A stretch of 64,000 nucleotides of DNA from Oscillospiraceae bacterium (GCA_015064285.1 SVSN01000003.1:28629-92628); one strand, 5' to 3'; counted from the first letter of the stretch, positions 8,795 to 20,195 are shown. A program made the numbers and translations. The notes: generated from the sequence alone by a model not told the origin.

Positions 8795-10555
8795 TCAGCC
8801 CTTGCGCATCATGGCTTTCACGGCATTTTCGTCCGGAGTCACGTAGGCTGTCCAGTTGGTATAGTACACCACAAATCCCGGTTTGGCCCCTGCCGGCTTT
8901 TTGACCTGCCGTACTTTCAGATAGTCCACCGGCACCATCACACCGTCGGACGCTTTGGAGTTGTAGGCAGCAATCATAGCCGCTTCCGTAAACGCGGTTT
9001 CCGTGGGTTCCTCTTCCCCGTCCTTGCAGCAGAGCACCACATGGGAACCGGGCTGGTTTTTCACATGGAACCACCAGTCGTTCCGGTCAGCCAGCCGGGT
9101 CGTCAGATAATCGTTGGCAAGGTTATTGCGGCCGCAGTACACGGTGTATCCTTCACTGGTTTCGTATCTTTGTATGGAGGGGGCTTTATTTTTCTTTTCG
9201 GTATAATTTTTCATTTTGGAAGCATAGCCGGAGTGATACAGCTCGTCCCGGATCTCCATCATTTCCCGTTCGGTTTCGGCACGGCTCAGGGAGTCCAGAA
9301 CCGTATAGATATATGCCAGTTCTTCCTCTGCTTTTGCCAGCTGTTCGGTCAGATGCACCTTGGCAGCTTTGGATTTATTGTATTTTTTATAATACACCTG
9401 AGCGTTCTGGGAGGGGCTGAGCCGTTTGTCCAGGGGAATCTCGATGGTTTCACAGTCTTCGCTGTAATAATTCTCCAGCAGCACGGATTCCATCCCGCGT
9501 TTCAGCCGATAGATATTGGCTGTCAGCAGATCTCCCCACAGCTTGTATGTTTCCCCCTCTTCGCAGTCGGCCAGTTCTTCCTTCTGAATGGTCATCTTCC
9601 GGGTGATTCTGGCTTCCGCATTGGACAGCAGTTTGAAGATATCCCCTGCCCGTTTATGCAGCCTTTCCTCCCGGCTCCGTTCCTCGAAATACGCATCCAC
9701 CAGCGTACCGTAGGAAGGAAATATTTCCGTCGTGACAGGCGCACTGTACTGTGTCAGGGAAATAAAACCGTATTCCGTGGGTTTGCCGTCTTCGCCCCGT
9801 ACCAGAGTAGGTGTTCCCTCTCCGCTGCGGATGGTCTCCATCACATCGAAGAAATTTTGTGTCAGCGACCGCTCGCATTCTGCCATGGTGCCGCCGCTTC
9901 TGCCTGCGGAGCGATAAGCGATCTCTCTGGCAACCAGCGGTGCGATCCCGGCAAAATTGGCCATGATAAACTTCTCCGCCAGTCTTTCCGGTTCTGTGTC
10001 TGCTGCCAGCCGTTTGAATTCCCGTTCCTCCACCGTCAGAGGATCCAGTTTGTTCTGCCCCGGCGGCAGTTCATACTGCATACCGGAAAGCACCTGTCTT
10101 TTTTCGCTTGTGGTGAAATCGATGCTCTTCAGAACGCCGATGATCTTATCTTCTTTGGTGGTAATGATAATATTGCTGAATTTCCCCATGATTTCCGCAA
10201 TGATATGCTTCTGCGTGGGAAATCCCAGGTCATCGTGGGTATCAAAGGTCAGCCGCGCCGCCCGTTCAAATCCCAGCTGTGTCACTTCCGCCAGTCTTGC
10301 CCCGGTGAAGTGTTTCCGCAGCATCATACAGAACATAGGCGGTGTGGCGGGGTTTTCCGGTCTGGATCCGGTCAGATGCATTCTGGGACCTGCAGAACCG
10401 GCGGAGATCAGCAGTCTGTGTTCCCCCCCTGCCGCCCGGAGCACCAGTACAATTTCTTCTTTCCCCGGCTGATATATTTTATCCACTTTACCGCCTGCCA
10501 GGGTCTCATTCAGTTCCCGGACGATAAAGCTGAGCATACCGGCATCAAATGCCAT
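8795..10555 (-). CDS. rqcH: Ribosome quality-control protein RqcH (NFACT / FbpA family)
   Basis: MAFDAGMLSFIVRELNETLAGGKVDKIYQPGKEEIVLVLR is the typical NFACT-N start. The product is 586 aa with a C-terminal NFACT-R-like region (WFHVKNQPGSHVV). Confidence 0.85.
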   Translation of the reverse strand: MAFDAGMLSFIVRELNETLAGGKVDKIYQPGKEEIVLVLRAAGGEHRLLISAGSAGPRMHLTGSRPENPATPPMFCMMLRKHFTGARLAEVTQLGFERAARLTFDTHDDLGFPTQKHIIAEIMGKFSNIIITTKEDKIIGVLKSIDFTTSEKRQVLSGMQYELPPGQNKLDPLTVEEREFKRLAADTEPERLAEKFIMANFAGIAPLVAREIAYRSAGRSGGTMAECERSLTQNFFDVMETIRSGEGTPTLVRGEDGKPTEYGFISLTQYSAPVTTEIFPSYGTLVDAYFEERSREERLHKRAGDIFKLLSNAEARITRKMTIQKEELADCEEGETYKLWGDLLTANIYRLKRGMESVLLENYYSEDCETIEIPLDKRLSPSQNAQVYYKKYNKSKAAKVHLTEQLAKAEEELAYIYTVLDSLSRAETEREMMEIRDELYHSGYASKMKNYTEKKNKAPSIQRYETSEGYTVYCGRNNLANDYLTTRLADRNDWWFHVKNQPGSHVVLCCKDGEEEPTETAFTEAAMIAAYNSKASDGVMVPVDYLKVRQVKKPAGAKPGFVVYYTNWTAYVTPDENAVKAMMRKG

Positions 10556-10569
10556 GATCCGTTCCTCCG

Positions 10570-11316
10570 TCAGTCTTCAGTATCTTCTTCATCGTTTTCT
10601 CTGGTATAGTATACCATGGGCACCACCCGGCTGTAGAGGGCATATCCCACCCGTTCGGCAGTGCGGATAGATGGAAGATTGTCTTCGTCGCAAAGATATT
10701 TCACGCCTTTGCCTTTCTGCAGGTAATACCGGGTCAGCGCTGTGACACAGGCGGCACCATACCCTCGACAACGGTATTCTTCCCCGCATTCCACATTCAG
10801 CTCAATCCAGTCCAGACCGCCGGTGGTATCATTCTCTATGATATCGTTGACCGCAGCAAAGCACACGATTTTTCCGTTTTCCCGGATAACGGTCATGGCA
10901 TCGTCCGGGTTGGAGCCATCCATTTCAAAAGCATCCAGCTCCAGTTCCGCATCGGTTTCCCTGTCGGCATCGGTCAGAACAGTCAGTAGTTCTGCTTCCC
11001 GTTTCGCTTCCGGCAGATGTTCCAGATCAGCAGGTGTCAGACGGTACTCTCTGTGAGAGTGCATCATCATGTATCTGCTGTCGTAATCCAGAGATTCCAT
11101 GACGGGAGCCAGTTTGTCTGCCAGCCAGGCAAGGGCTTCTTCACAGAGCGGATCCGCCCACTTTTCTTCGAATTCCCGGGCCAGTTTCTCGCAGAAGGAG
11201 TACACCAGCAGATCCTTTCTGCCGTCGGCAAACACTGTGATCTGCACCGGTACCGCAATGTGGTAATGCTCCTCTATAATGGATTTTTCGAATTCGATAT
11301 CTTCCAGTCTGATCAT
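10570..11316 (-). CDS. GNAT-family acetyltransferase with an N-terminal domain of unknown function
   Basis: The C-terminal RCRGYGAACVTALTRYYLQKGKGVKYLCDEDNLPSIRTAERVGY resembles the GNAT acetyl-CoA binding motif (R/Q-x-x-G-x-G/A). Confidence 0.6.
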   Translation of the reverse strand: MIRLEDIEFEKSIIEEHYHIAVPVQITVFADGRKDLLVYSFCEKLAREFEEKWADPLCEEALAWLADKLAPVMESLDYDSRYMMMHSHREYRLTPADLEHLPEAKREAELLTVLTDADRETDAELELDAFEMDGSNPDDAMTVIRENGKIVCFAAVNDIIENDTTGGLDWIELNVECGEEYRCRGYGAACVTALTRYYLQKGKGVKYLCDEDNLPSIRTAERVGYALYSRVVPMVYYTRENDEEDTED

Positions 11317-11330
11317 GTTAATCCTTTCTC

Positions 11331-12137
11331 TCAGTCGTACAGTGCAGCTGCCTGTCCGTTGGCAATACAGATCACAAAATCCGCAGAAACTTCATCCAGT
11401 TTCCGTGCCGTTTCTTCCATGGATGGAAGGCCGAACAGGTTGGTCACATGGCGGTAATAATCATAAAACCAATCAATGCGCGAGGCAGGCAGGAAAGAAA
11501 ACCGTACCTCTTCCCCCACAAAGGGCAGATCAATATCCTGCCGCAGCTTATCTCCGGCGGGACAGTTGATGTATTTCATTTCGATGCAGAGTGCTCCGGT
11601 TTCCTCAAAAGCGCTGCGCTGTTCCATCATGGCATCTCTGTCCATCAGGATCAGGCTGCCTTCCGGTACACTGCCGCTCCGGTTCCATAATTCTACAGAG
11701 CACTTTTTCAGCGGCGGCTGGATATTGTTGATGGCGGAAACCGTGTCGGCAAAACTCAGCAGTATGGGCGGTAGATCCGGCGTCTCCAGAGGATTCTCCA
11801 TCCGCTGCCGGATACCGTCTACATACCGGGCATCCGTATCCATGAAAATCGTTTTGATATTATTATACTGCTTGATGAACCGGAACAGGTGCTGGAAAGC
11901 ATCATAGGACTGTACGACTTCGTAATCCATGCCCACAACTATGTAAGGTGCTTCCGCAGCAGGAAGACGCATATCAAAATACACGGTATAGGTGCCCTTG
12001 GTCTGGTATTCTTCCTCGCTGGCACGGAACAAAAGAGGATACAGAGAAAAGAGGCCCGCTTCCGTGAAGAAAAGCAGCATCACTCCCTGCAGCAGCGCCG
12101 CCGTGCAGAAAAATACGATCCATCGCTTGGTTTTCAT
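11331..12137 (-). CDS. Hypothetical membrane-anchored protein
   Basis: The long ORF has an N-terminal TM helix (WIVFFCTAALLQGVMLLFF) when started at the internal ATG 12137. No family was recognised. Confidence 0.5.
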   Translation of the reverse strand: MKTKRWIVFFCTAALLQGVMLLFFTEAGLFSLYPLLFRASEEEYQTKGTYTVYFDMRLPAAEAPYIVVGMDYEVVQSYDAFQHLFRFIKQYNNIKTIFMDTDARYVDGIRQRMENPLETPDLPPILLSFADTVSAINNIQPPLKKCSVELWNRSGSVPEGSLILMDRDAMMEQRSAFEETGALCIEMKYINCPAGDKLRQDIDLPFVGEEVRFSFLPASRIDWFYDYYRHVTNLFGLPSMEETARKLDEVSADFVICIANGQAAALYD

Positions 12138-12396
12138 TCCCGAATCTCCCATCACAGATTGATACTCTGTATTGTACTGTATTTCCGGAAAAAAATCTAT
12201 AGTTTTTTTTGAATAATTCTGTTTTGCCGGAAAAACGCTGCGAAAAAACGGTTCCATTTCCGCTTACCCTGTAGAAAGACCGAGATTATGAAAGAAAAAG
12301 TTACAAATATTCATAATTGGCAGTGGAATTACGGTTTGATTTATGCTATAATAGTATGGAATTTTTATTGTATAATCAGAATGGAGATTTATATAT

Positions 12397-14817
12397 ATGG
12401 CCCGTTTTATTGAAAAAGTGGAAAAACTTACCCTGCCGGTGATCCCGCTGCGGGGCATGGTGGCTTTTCCTTCCGTCCCAATCAATTTTGAACTGGAAAG
12501 GGATATGAGCAAAAAAGCCTGTGACGCGTCGCTGAACGCTGATATGTATGTTTTTCTGGTAGCCCAGAAAGATCTTCGCTGTGAAGTCCCGGAACGGAAA
12601 GATCTGTATACGGTAGGCTGCGTTGCAAAAATCAAACAGACCCTGAAAAAGCCGGACGGCAACATCCGCGTTGTGGCGGAAGGAATGTGCCGCGGGCATA
12701 TCTCCCAGATGTTTTCCGAGGACGGCTGCCTGTTCGCCGACATTATTTCCAAGACCATGACCGGTGAATCCGCAGCCACTGACATCAAGGCGGAAGCCCT
12801 GATCCGGGAACTGCTGAACACCATGGAAGGTATGATCCAGTATCTGCCTCCTGTTTCCGATGAATTTCTGATCGCCGCCCGTTCCATCACCAATCCCGGT
12901 CTGCTGGCGGACTTCATCGCTTCCAGCCTGTTCGTACGCTATGATGACAAGCAGCAGGTACTGGAAATGACCGACCCCACAAGACGGGTGGAAAAAGCGG
13001 TTGTGATCATGGAAAACGAGATCCGTCTCCTGGAAACCGAAATGGAGATCCACAAAAAGGTCAAGGAACAGATCGACGAAAACCAGAGAGATTATTACCT
13101 CCGGGAACAGCTCAAGGTCATTCAGAACGAGCTGGAAGAAGGCGATGATGACGATTATTACGGGAAGATCAAGAGAGCCAAACTGCCTCAGGAAGTGGAA
13201 GAAAAGCTGCTGAAGGAACTCTCCCGGCTGCAGAAATCTTCTTTCGGTTCTCCTGAAGCATCCGTACTGCGGAATTATCTGGACATCTGTCTGGATATTC
13301 CCTGGAACAAACGCACTGCGGACCGGGTGGATATTGATGCTGCCAGAAAAATTCTGGATGCGGATCACGACGGTCTGAAGAAAGTCAAGGAACGGCTGCT
13401 GGAGTACCTGGCAGTAAAGCAGCTAAATCCGGATCTGAAGCATCAGATTCTCTGTCTGGTAGGCCCTCCGGGTGTCGGCAAGACATCTCTCGCTTCCTCT
13501 ATTGCCCGGGCAATGAAGCGCAAATATGTACGCGTTTCCCTGGGCGGTGTTCGGGATGAATCCGATATCCGCGGACACAGAAAAACCTATGTGGCTTCCA
13601 TGCCCGGCCGTATCATCACAGCACTGACCCAGTGCGGCTCCATGAACCCGCTTATGCTGCTGGATGAAGTGGACAAAATGTGCTCTGACGCCCATGGGGA
13701 TCCTTCTTCTGCCCTGCTGGAAGTGCTGGATGCGGAACAGAACAAGGGATTCCGTGATCATTTCATTGAAATGCCTGTGGATCTGTCCGAGTGTTTCTTC
13801 ATTGCCACCGCCAACACGCTGGACACCATTCCCCGTCCTCTGATCGACCGTATGGAGATCATTGAACTGAACACATACACCCCTTCCGAAAAACTGTCCA
13901 TTGCAAAGAATCATCTGATCCCCAAGCAGCTGAAACGGCACGGTCTCAACAGACGGACTCTGAAGATCACAGACGATGCCATTGAAGAACTGATTCAGGG
14001 ATATACCCGCGAATCCGGTGTACGTACGTTGGAAAGAGAGATCGCTTCGCTCTGCCGTAAAGCAGCCAAGAAGATTGTAGAAGAAAATCTGAAGTCCGTT
14101 GTGGTGAACAGGGAGACCCTGAAAGCACTGCTGGGCGGCCGGAAGTTTATCGACGAAGGCATCTCCGGAAAAGCGGAAGTGGGCGTTACCAACGGGCTGG
14201 CATATACAGAAGTGGGCGGCGATCTGCTGAAAGTGGAAGCTCTGCCCATGCCCGGTACCGGCAAGATCGAACTGACCGGCACACTGGGGGATGTTATGAA
14301 AGAATCCGCCCATATTGCGGTCAGCTACATCCGTTCCCATGCCAAAGAACTGGGGATCGCCGAAGATTTCTATAAGACACAGGATATACATATCCACGTA
14401 CCGGAAGGTGCTGTGCCCAAGGACGGCCCCAGTGCCGGCGTGACTCTGACCACTTCTCTTGTCAGCGCTCTGTCCGGTATTCCGGTGCGCGGCGATATTG
14501 CCATGACCGGTGAGATCACCCTGACAGGACGTGTCATTCCCATCGGGGGACTCCGCGAAAAATCCACCGCTGCCTATACGGCCGGTATCCGTCATATCCT
14601 GATTCCCAGGGACAACGTAAAGGATCTGGAAGAAATCGATCCTGTGGTCAGAGAAGAAGTTATTTTCACGCCTGTATCCAAGGTTTCCGAGGTGCTGGAC
14701 ATTGCTCTGGTAAAGCCTTCCGCTCTGCCGCTGCCGAACAGTGAACTGCCCAAACCGGAAGAATCGGTTCCCGCAGTGGTAACCGGTACCGGTGAACCCA
14801 CATACACCGCATTATAA
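12397..14817 (+). CDS. lon: ATP-dependent Lon protease (LonA)
   Basis: The N-terminal LON domain reads [13 protein letters not shown]. The Walker A motif is GPPGVGKTS, and the catalytic serine motif is [10 protein letters not shown]. Confidence 0.95.
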   Translation: MARFIEKVEKLTLPVIPLRGMVAFPSVPINFELERDMSKKACDASLNADMYVFLVAQKDLRCEVPERKDLYTVGCVAKIKQTLKKPDGNIRVVAEGMCRGHISQMFSEDGCLFADIISKTMTGESAATDIKAEALIRELLNTMEGMIQYLPPVSDEFLIAARSITNPGLLADFIASSLFVRYDDKQQVLEMTDPTRRVEKAVVIMENEIRLLETEMEIHKKVKEQIDENQRDYYLREQLKVIQNELEEGDDDDYYGKIKRAKLPQEVEEKLLKELSRLQKSSFGSPEASVLRNYLDICLDIPWNKRTADRVDIDAARKILDADHDGLKKVKERLLEYLAVKQLNPDLKHQILCLVGPPGVGKTSLASSIARAMKRKYVRVSLGGVRDESDIRGHRKTYVASMPGRIITALTQCGSMNPLMLLDEVDKMCSDAHGDPSSALLEVLDAEQNKGFRDHFIEMPVDLSECFFIATANTLDTIPRPLIDRMEIIELNTYTPSEKLSIAKNHLIPKQLKRHGLNRRTLKITDDAIEELIQGYTRESGVRTLEREIASLCRKAAKKIVEENLKSVVVNRETLKALLGGRKFIDEGISGKAEVGVTNGLAYTEVGGDLLKVEALPMPGTGKIELTGTLGDVMKESAHIAVSYIRSHAKELGIAEDFYKTQDIHIHVPEGAVPKDGPSAGVTLTTSLVSALSGIPVRGDIAMTGEITLTGRVIPIGGLREKSTAAYTAGIRHILIPRDNVKDLEEIDPVVREEVIFTPVSKVSEVLDIALVKPSALPLPNSELPKPEESVPAVVTGTGEPTYTAL

Positions 14818-14839
14818 TCACAGAAAACAGGTAAATACT

Positions 14840-15433
14840 ATGAAATGGAATCTGAACAACGCTGCGCTGCAGATGTCCGCCGGACTGCCGAAACAGTTTC
14901 CCGGTGACCGTCTGCCCCAGGTGGCCTTTTCCGGACGTTCCAATGTGGGCAAGAGTTCCCTGATCAACTCCCTTCTGAACCGGAAAAATCTGGCCAGAGT
15001 CAGCGGAGAACCCGGAAAAACCATCACGGTGAATTTCTATAACATCGATAAAAAGCTGTACCTGGTAGACCTTCCGGGATACGGTTATGCCAAGCGTACC
15101 AAAGAAGATCAGAAAAAATGGTCTTCTCTGACAGATGGGTACTTTACCAACAATCCCAATTTCGATTCGGTACGTCTGGTTTGTCAGCTTATCGACAGCC
15201 GGATCGGTCCCACAGATGACGACTGGGATATGCTGGAATATCTGACAGAAGCCCGGTGCAACTTTATTGTTGTAGGTACCAAATGCGATAAACTGAACCG
15301 CACGGAACGGAACGCCTTCGTGGATTTCATGAAGGAAAATATGCCGGAGGTTCCCTACATCCTGTACTCCGCCAAGGACGGTGAAGGCAGAGAGGATCTA
15401 TGGAAAGCCATCACCGAAGCGGTGCTCAACTGA
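14840..15433 (+). CDS. engB: Ribosome biogenesis GTPase EngB/YsxC
   Basis: The G1 motif is GRSNVGKSSLIN, and DLPGYGYA is also present. The lon-ysxC synteny is conserved. Confidence 0.9.
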   Translation: MKWNLNNAALQMSAGLPKQFPGDRLPQVAFSGRSNVGKSSLINSLLNRKNLARVSGEPGKTITVNFYNIDKKLYLVDLPGYGYAKRTKEDQKKWSSLTDGYFTNNPNFDSVRLVCQLIDSRIGPTDDDWDMLEYLTEARCNFIVVGTKCDKLNRTERNAFVDFMKENMPEVPYILYSAKDGEGREDLWKAITEAVLN

Positions 15434-15474
15434 ATTATCAATTCGAATACGGAAAGGATCTGCCATCGGCGGAC

Positions 15475-16782
15475 ATGAATCTTATGCTGCTGCATCCCTC
15501 TTTTGACGTAAATGAAAAGGGCCATCTGACCATCGGCGGTCTGGATACTTCTGCCCTCTCCGATACCTACGGTACCCCTGCCTATTATCTGGACATTGAT
15601 GCTGTGCGCGCTATGTGCCGGATGTACAAAAACAATTTCGAAACCTGTTTCGGCGGTGCTTCCACTCCCATTTATGCCGGTAAAGCGCTGTGCATCAAAA
15701 AGCTGTACAGCATCATCGCCGAAGAAGGACTGATGGCAGACTGTGTCTCTCCCGGAGAACTGCACACAGCCCATGCTGCCGGGTTCCCCATGGAAAAAGT
15801 TTTCTTCCACGGAAACAACAAAACCGACGCCGATCTCCGGTATGCGCTGGAACTGGGCGTAGGTCACATTGTTGTGGACGGTCTGGATGAGCTGAACGCG
15901 CTGAACCGCATTGCCGGCGAAATGGAAAAAAAGGCTGTGGTTCTGCTGCGGATCACCCCCGGCATCGACCCCCATACCCACCAGAAGATCATCACCGGGA
16001 ATGTGGATTCCAAGTTCGGGATGGCTATCCTCACCGGTCAGGCCATGGAATTTGTCAAAGCGGCTCTGGCGGCGGAACATCTCATACTGGATGGCTTCCA
16101 CTGTCACGTTGGTTCCCAGATTTTTGATATCGCACCCTTCCGGGAAGCGGCTGAGATCATGCTGGCGTTTGTTGCCCGTGTGCGCAGCGAATGCGGGTAT
16201 ATGGCCGGTATCCTGAACATCGGCGGCGGTTTCGGTGTGCGGTATACCGAAGAGGATCCGGAAATTGATTATGCTGCCAACATCAGAGCCCTTGGCGAAG
16301 AATTCGATGCCATCTGCGCAGAACTGAACATTCCCAAGCCGGCCATCATGATGGAACCGGGCCGGAGCATCGTAGCGGCTGCCGGTGCCACGGTATACAC
16401 CGTCGGTTCCGTAAAAACCGTTACCGGCTTCCGCAATTATGTTTCCGTGGACGGCGGCATGCCCGACAATCCCCGGTACACGCTGTACGGCTCCCGATAC
16501 ACCGTTGTGAACGCAGACAAAGCGGATGCGCCTGCGGATTATGAATGCACACTGGCCGGACGGTGCTGCGAAAGCGGTGACCTGCTGGCGGAGGGCATCT
16601 CCATTGCCAAGCCGGAAAGAGGTTCTCATCTGGCGGTGCTGGTGACCGGTGCGTACAATCATTCCATGGCTTCCAACTATAACCGGATTCCCCGTCCTCC
16701 GGTAATCTTTATCGAAAACGGACAGTCTTCCGTTGCTGTACGTCGTGAAACCTACGAGGATCTTCTGGCGCTGGAAGACTGA
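15475..16782 (+). CDS. lysA: Diaminopimelate decarboxylase
   Basis: YGTPAYYLD, NIGGGFG and the ESGD motif (CCESGDLL) are typical of the group IV PLP decarboxylase LysA. Confidence 0.85.
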   Translation: MNLMLLHPSFDVNEKGHLTIGGLDTSALSDTYGTPAYYLDIDAVRAMCRMYKNNFETCFGGASTPIYAGKALCIKKLYSIIAEEGLMADCVSPGELHTAHAAGFPMEKVFFHGNNKTDADLRYALELGVGHIVVDGLDELNALNRIAGEMEKKAVVLLRITPGIDPHTHQKIITGNVDSKFGMAILTGQAMEFVKAALAAEHLILDGFHCHVGSQIFDIAPFREAAEIMLAFVARVRSECGYMAGILNIGGGFGVRYTEEDPEIDYAANIRALGEEFDAICAELNIPKPAIMMEPGRSIVAAAGATVYTVGSVKTVTGFRNYVSVDGGMPDNPRYTLYGSRYTVVNADKADAPADYECTLAGRCCESGDLLAEGISIAKPERGSHLAVLVTGAYNHSMASNYNRIPRPPVIFIENGQSSVAVRRETYEDLLALED

Positions 16783-16804
16783 CAACCAGTAAGGAGGCTT
16801 TTGT

Positions 16805-17470
16805 TTGTCTGCTATCCTGCAATCCCTCAGGGATATTCTCTATACCCTGCCCTGTATTCTGCTGGCGCTGACCGTTCATGAAGTGGCTCATGGCTGGATG
16901 GCTATGAAGCTGGGCGATCCCACAGCCCGGAATCTGGGCCGGCTGACGCTCAATCCTCTGAAACATCTGGATCCGGTCGGTACCATCTGTATGGTCTTTT
17001 TCCACTTCGGATGGGCAAGACCGGTTCCCATCAATACACGGTATTTCAAAAAACCCCGCCGGGATATGGCGCTTTCGGCTCTGGCCGGGCCCGTGTCCAA
17101 CATCTGTATGGGTTTTCTTGGTGTACTTCTGTTCCAGATTTTTCTTACCGTCTTTCAGGCCCATCCCGCTCAGGGATTTTCGTTCAACATTCAGCTCTCT
17201 GTCCTGACGCTGCTGCAGTATTTTTACAGTCTCAATATTTCTCTGGCTGTATTCAATCTGATCCCCATCCCGCCGCTGGACGGTTCCCGGATTTTCCTGA
17301 CCTTCCTGCCGCCCCGGTATTACTTCGGGATCATGCAGTATGAACGGTATATCCAGTTCGGCCTGATGCTCTGTCTGTATATCGGACTGCTTGACAAACC
17401 GCTGCGGTTTCTGGTAAACGGACTGGCAACGCTGATCTTCCGTCTGGTAGAACTTTTGCCATTTATCTGA
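16805..17470 (+). CDS. Site-2 protease family (peptidase M50) membrane protein
   Basis: HEVAHGWMA (HExxH) and NLIPIPPLDGSRI (the LDG motif) are present. The protein is multi-pass hydrophobic and uses a TTG start. Confidence 0.8.
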   Translation: MSAILQSLRDILYTLPCILLALTVHEVAHGWMAMKLGDPTARNLGRLTLNPLKHLDPVGTICMVFFHFGWARPVPINTRYFKKPRRDMALSALAGPVSNICMGFLGVLLFQIFLTVFQAHPAQGFSFNIQLSVLTLLQYFYSLNISLAVFNLIPIPPLDGSRIFLTFLPPRYYFGIMQYERYIQFGLMLCLYIGLLDKPLRFLVNGLATLIFRLVELLPFI

Positions 17471-17471
17471 T

Positions 17472-18257
17472 ATGGAAAACATTCAATACAAGCTGGATCA
17501 GTTCGAGGGGCCGCTGGATCTGCTCCTGACCCTGATTCAGAAACATAAAATCAACATTGACGATATCCCTATTTCTCTGCTTTGCGAACAGTATATGACC
17601 TATATCCGGGCCAATCTGGATATGGGACTGGAAGTGGCTTCCGACTTTCTCTATATGGCCAGCGAGCTGATGCTGATCAAAAGCCGGATGCTTCTGCCCC
17701 GGAATCCGGAAACGGACGAAGACCCCAGAGATTCTCTGCGGGATACGGTGCTGGAATACCAGCGTGCCAAGCTGGCTGCCGCGGAGCTTTCCGATCTGTT
17801 CAGCCAATTCGGCGGCCGCATGATCAAAGAGCAGGACGACATCGCTCCGGATCGGTCGTTCGTGGCGGATCACAATATTGCCCTGCTGCAGGCGGCTTTG
17901 ATCCACGCTCTGACAGAAACCAAGACCGTTCCGGAAAACCGGGAAGCTGTGCTGGATCCCATTGTGCATCAGACCCATGTAGCGGTGCAAAGCGTGATGA
18001 TTCAGCTGCTTGACAAGCTGCAGGACGGGAATCCGGTGTATCTGGACGACTATTTTACACATTCCGCTTCCCGTTCGGAAATTATCGCTAAATTCTTGTC
18101 TATACTGGAACTGATGAAAACCCAGACGGTGGGACTGCCCGAAGAATACTGGGAAACCGGCGAAAGCGGCATCCTGCAGCTGTGCTGTCATATCCCCATG
18201 CTCCTTCTGCGGATGCCGGACAAGGAACAGCTGGCCGCTCTGGAAGAATATGCATAA
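17472..18257 (+). CDS. scpA: Segregation and condensation protein A
   Basis: LDQFEGPLDLLLTLIQKHKINIDDIPIS is the canonical ScpA N-terminus. Confidence 0.9.
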   Translation: MENIQYKLDQFEGPLDLLLTLIQKHKINIDDIPISLLCEQYMTYIRANLDMGLEVASDFLYMASELMLIKSRMLLPRNPETDEDPRDSLRDTVLEYQRAKLAAAELSDLFSQFGGRMIKEQDDIAPDRSFVADHNIALLQAALIHALTETKTVPENREAVLDPIVHQTHVAVQSVMIQLLDKLQDGNPVYLDDYFTHSASRSEIIAKFLSILELMKTQTVGLPEEYWETGESGILQLCCHIPMLLLRMPDKEQLAALEEYA

Positions 18258-18278
18258 TTTAAGTAAAAAGGACATTCG

Positions 18279-18998
18279 ATGGATACACATCTGCGTGAGG
18301 GGGACGGAGCCGCTGCTCTTTCCCCGGAAGAAAATTTTGCAATTCTGGAAGCCTGTCTGTTTGCGGCAGGTCATCCTCTGACTTATGAAAAACTGGCGGA
18401 AACCCTTTCCCTTTCCGTATCTGCCTGCAAAGACCTTGTAGAAAAGTGGAAACCGATCTACAACAGCTGCGACAGTCTTCCCCGCGGGATACTGCTTGTG
18501 ACGTTCCCGGACAGCTGTCAGCTTTGCACCCGGGAAGCGTACGGCGATTTTATCAAAGTGGCTCTGGGGATCCGGCGCAGCGGCAGTTTGTCCCAGTCGC
18601 TTCTGGAAGTGCTGGCTGTTATCGCTTACAACCAGCCTGCCACCCGTACTTTTGTGGATACGGTCCGTGGGGTGGATTCCTCATATGCGGTCAACGCCCT
18701 GATAGAAAAGAATCTGATCGAGCCCTGCGGCAAACTGGATGCCCCCGGCCGGCCGACGCTGTACCGTACGACGGAAGATTTTCTCAGGGTATTCGGACTG
18801 AACTCCCTGAGAGAGCTGCCTTCTGTGCAGGTGCGTAACGAAAACGGAGAAAAAGTAGAGATCGCTCCGGACACCTCCTTCCTGGATATGCCGGAAACAC
18901 AGGACGCCTCTGTTGCAAATCCGGAAACTGATGCACCGGCAGACAATACCATTCCCCCGGAAATACCGCATAGGAAAACGGAATCAGCAGAAAACTGA
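18279..18998 (+). CDS. scpB: Segregation and condensation protein B
   Basis: ILEACLFAAGHPLTYEKLA is present, the gene sits directly after scpA, and RGVDSSYAVNALIEKNLI is a winged-helix pattern. Confidence 0.85.
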   Translation: MDTHLREGDGAAALSPEENFAILEACLFAAGHPLTYEKLAETLSLSVSACKDLVEKWKPIYNSCDSLPRGILLVTFPDSCQLCTREAYGDFIKVALGIRRSGSLSQSLLEVLAVIAYNQPATRTFVDTVRGVDSSYAVNALIEKNLIEPCGKLDAPGRPTLYRTTEDFLRVFGLNSLRELPSVQVRNENGEKVEIAPDTSFLDMPETQDASVANPETDAPADNTIPPEIPHRKTESAEN

Positions 18999-19038
18999 CC
19001 TGCAGTTTCTGTTTTTCCGCCAACAAAGGAGGTGCGCC

Positions 19039-19740
19039 ATGGTTTTTCTGTGGATCCTTTTGGGATTGATACTTTTCATCGCCCTTCTGTGCGCGATACC
19101 GCTCCGGCTCCGCATCCGTCTGGATGAACAGTTCTCGCTGCTTGCCGGGATCGGGCCCCTGGTGCTCTTCCGGACACCCAAGCCTTTCAGACCTGTGGAT
19201 CTGCGGGATTTCACCTACCGGAAACACCGGAAACGGCTGCAGAAAGAACAGCAGGCAAAGCTGAAAAAGAAGCAGAAAAAGAAACGGCTGGAAGATAAAA
19301 AGCAGCAGAAGAAAAACACGGCTGCTGCCAAGGTGGGGGAGATCGAAAAAACAGCTGCCGAAGCCGGGAAAAAGGAAAACAAGCTGGAAGGGATCCTTTC
19401 TCTGGTCAGTTGTGTACTGGACGGTCTGCCCGGCTTATTCGGCGGCTTCAAATGCCGGATTTTCCTTCTGGATGTGACAGCAGGCGGCAAAGAAGCGGCA
19501 GATACAGCCAGGAATTTTGCCATCCTGTCTCAGTCTCTTGCCTATCTGCTGGAATTTCTGGACAACAAGACCCATTTTGTCCGTCCCCGTGAGAATACTG
19601 TTGCCATCCGGGCGGATTTTCTCCTTGCCAAAACCCGTGTCAAAGCGGATTTCTATCTGCAGATCCGCATCGGACAGATTCTGGGGACTGTTATCGGTAT
19701 TGCTTTTTCTTATATTAAGACCATGATTCGTGTTTCATAG
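19039..19740 (+). CDS. DUF2953/YtfI-like sporulation membrane protein
   Basis: The N-terminal TM helix is MVFLWILLGLILFIALLCAIPLRL, followed by a K/Q-rich linker. Its position immediately upstream of a ytfJ homolog matches the B. subtilis ytfIJ arrangement. AGGAGG precedes ATG 19039. Confidence 0.55.
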   Translation: MVFLWILLGLILFIALLCAIPLRLRIRLDEQFSLLAGIGPLVLFRTPKPFRPVDLRDFTYRKHRKRLQKEQQAKLKKKQKKKRLEDKKQQKKNTAAAKVGEIEKTAAEAGKKENKLEGILSLVSCVLDGLPGLFGGFKCRIFLLDVTAGGKEAADTARNFAILSQSLAYLLEFLDNKTHFVRPRENTVAIRADFLLAKTRVKADFYLQIRIGQILGTVIGIAFSYIKTMIRVS

Positions 19741-19757
19741 AAACGGAGGACTCTGAT

Positions 19758-20195
19758 ATGGCAGAAACCAATAAACTCAACGACATGAACAAGACTTCTC
19801 TGGACAGCATCCGCACCATGCTGGATGCCAACACCATCGTCGGCGATCCCATCACCACCGCAAACGGCACTACGATCATTCCGATTTCCAAGATTTCTGT
19901 AGCCTATGCTTCCGGCGGTGTGGATTACCTGAAAAAGGACGCGCCCGTATCCAACGGAAAGCCCGTTTACAATAATTTCGGCGGCGGCGGCGGTACCGGT
20001 GTTACTGTGACTCCGGTCGGTTTTCTGGTGATCTCCCCCGAAGGCGGTGTAAGCATGCTGAACGTGAACAGTCCTACTTCCGCACCGGTTACCGATCCGG
20101 TTTCCTCCGTTGTCGGCCTGATTGAACGCTCCCCCGAACTGATCGACAAAATCAAGGGAGCTCTTGGTAAAAAAGAAGAAGACAGCCAGATCTGA
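19758..20195 (+). CDS. ytfJ: GerW/YtfJ family sporulation protein
   Basis: IVGDPITTANGTTIIPISKISVAYASGG and GGGGGTGVTVTPVGFLVI are characteristic of YtfJ/GerW. Confidence 0.8.
   Translation: MAETNKLNDMNKTSLDSIRTMLDANTIVGDPITTANGTTIIPISKISVAYASGGVDYLKKDAPVSNGKPVYNNFGGGGGTGVTVTPVGFLVISPEGGVSMLNVNSPTSAPVTDPVSSVVGLIERSPELIDKIKGALGKKEEDSQI

Noticed and set aside
19215-19330. An A/G-rich, repetitive-looking stretch encoding KKKQKKKRLEDKKQQKK.
   Set aside because: This is a low-complexity Lys/Gln linker inside the DUF2953-like ORF. It is not a tandem DNA repeat or a regulatory element.
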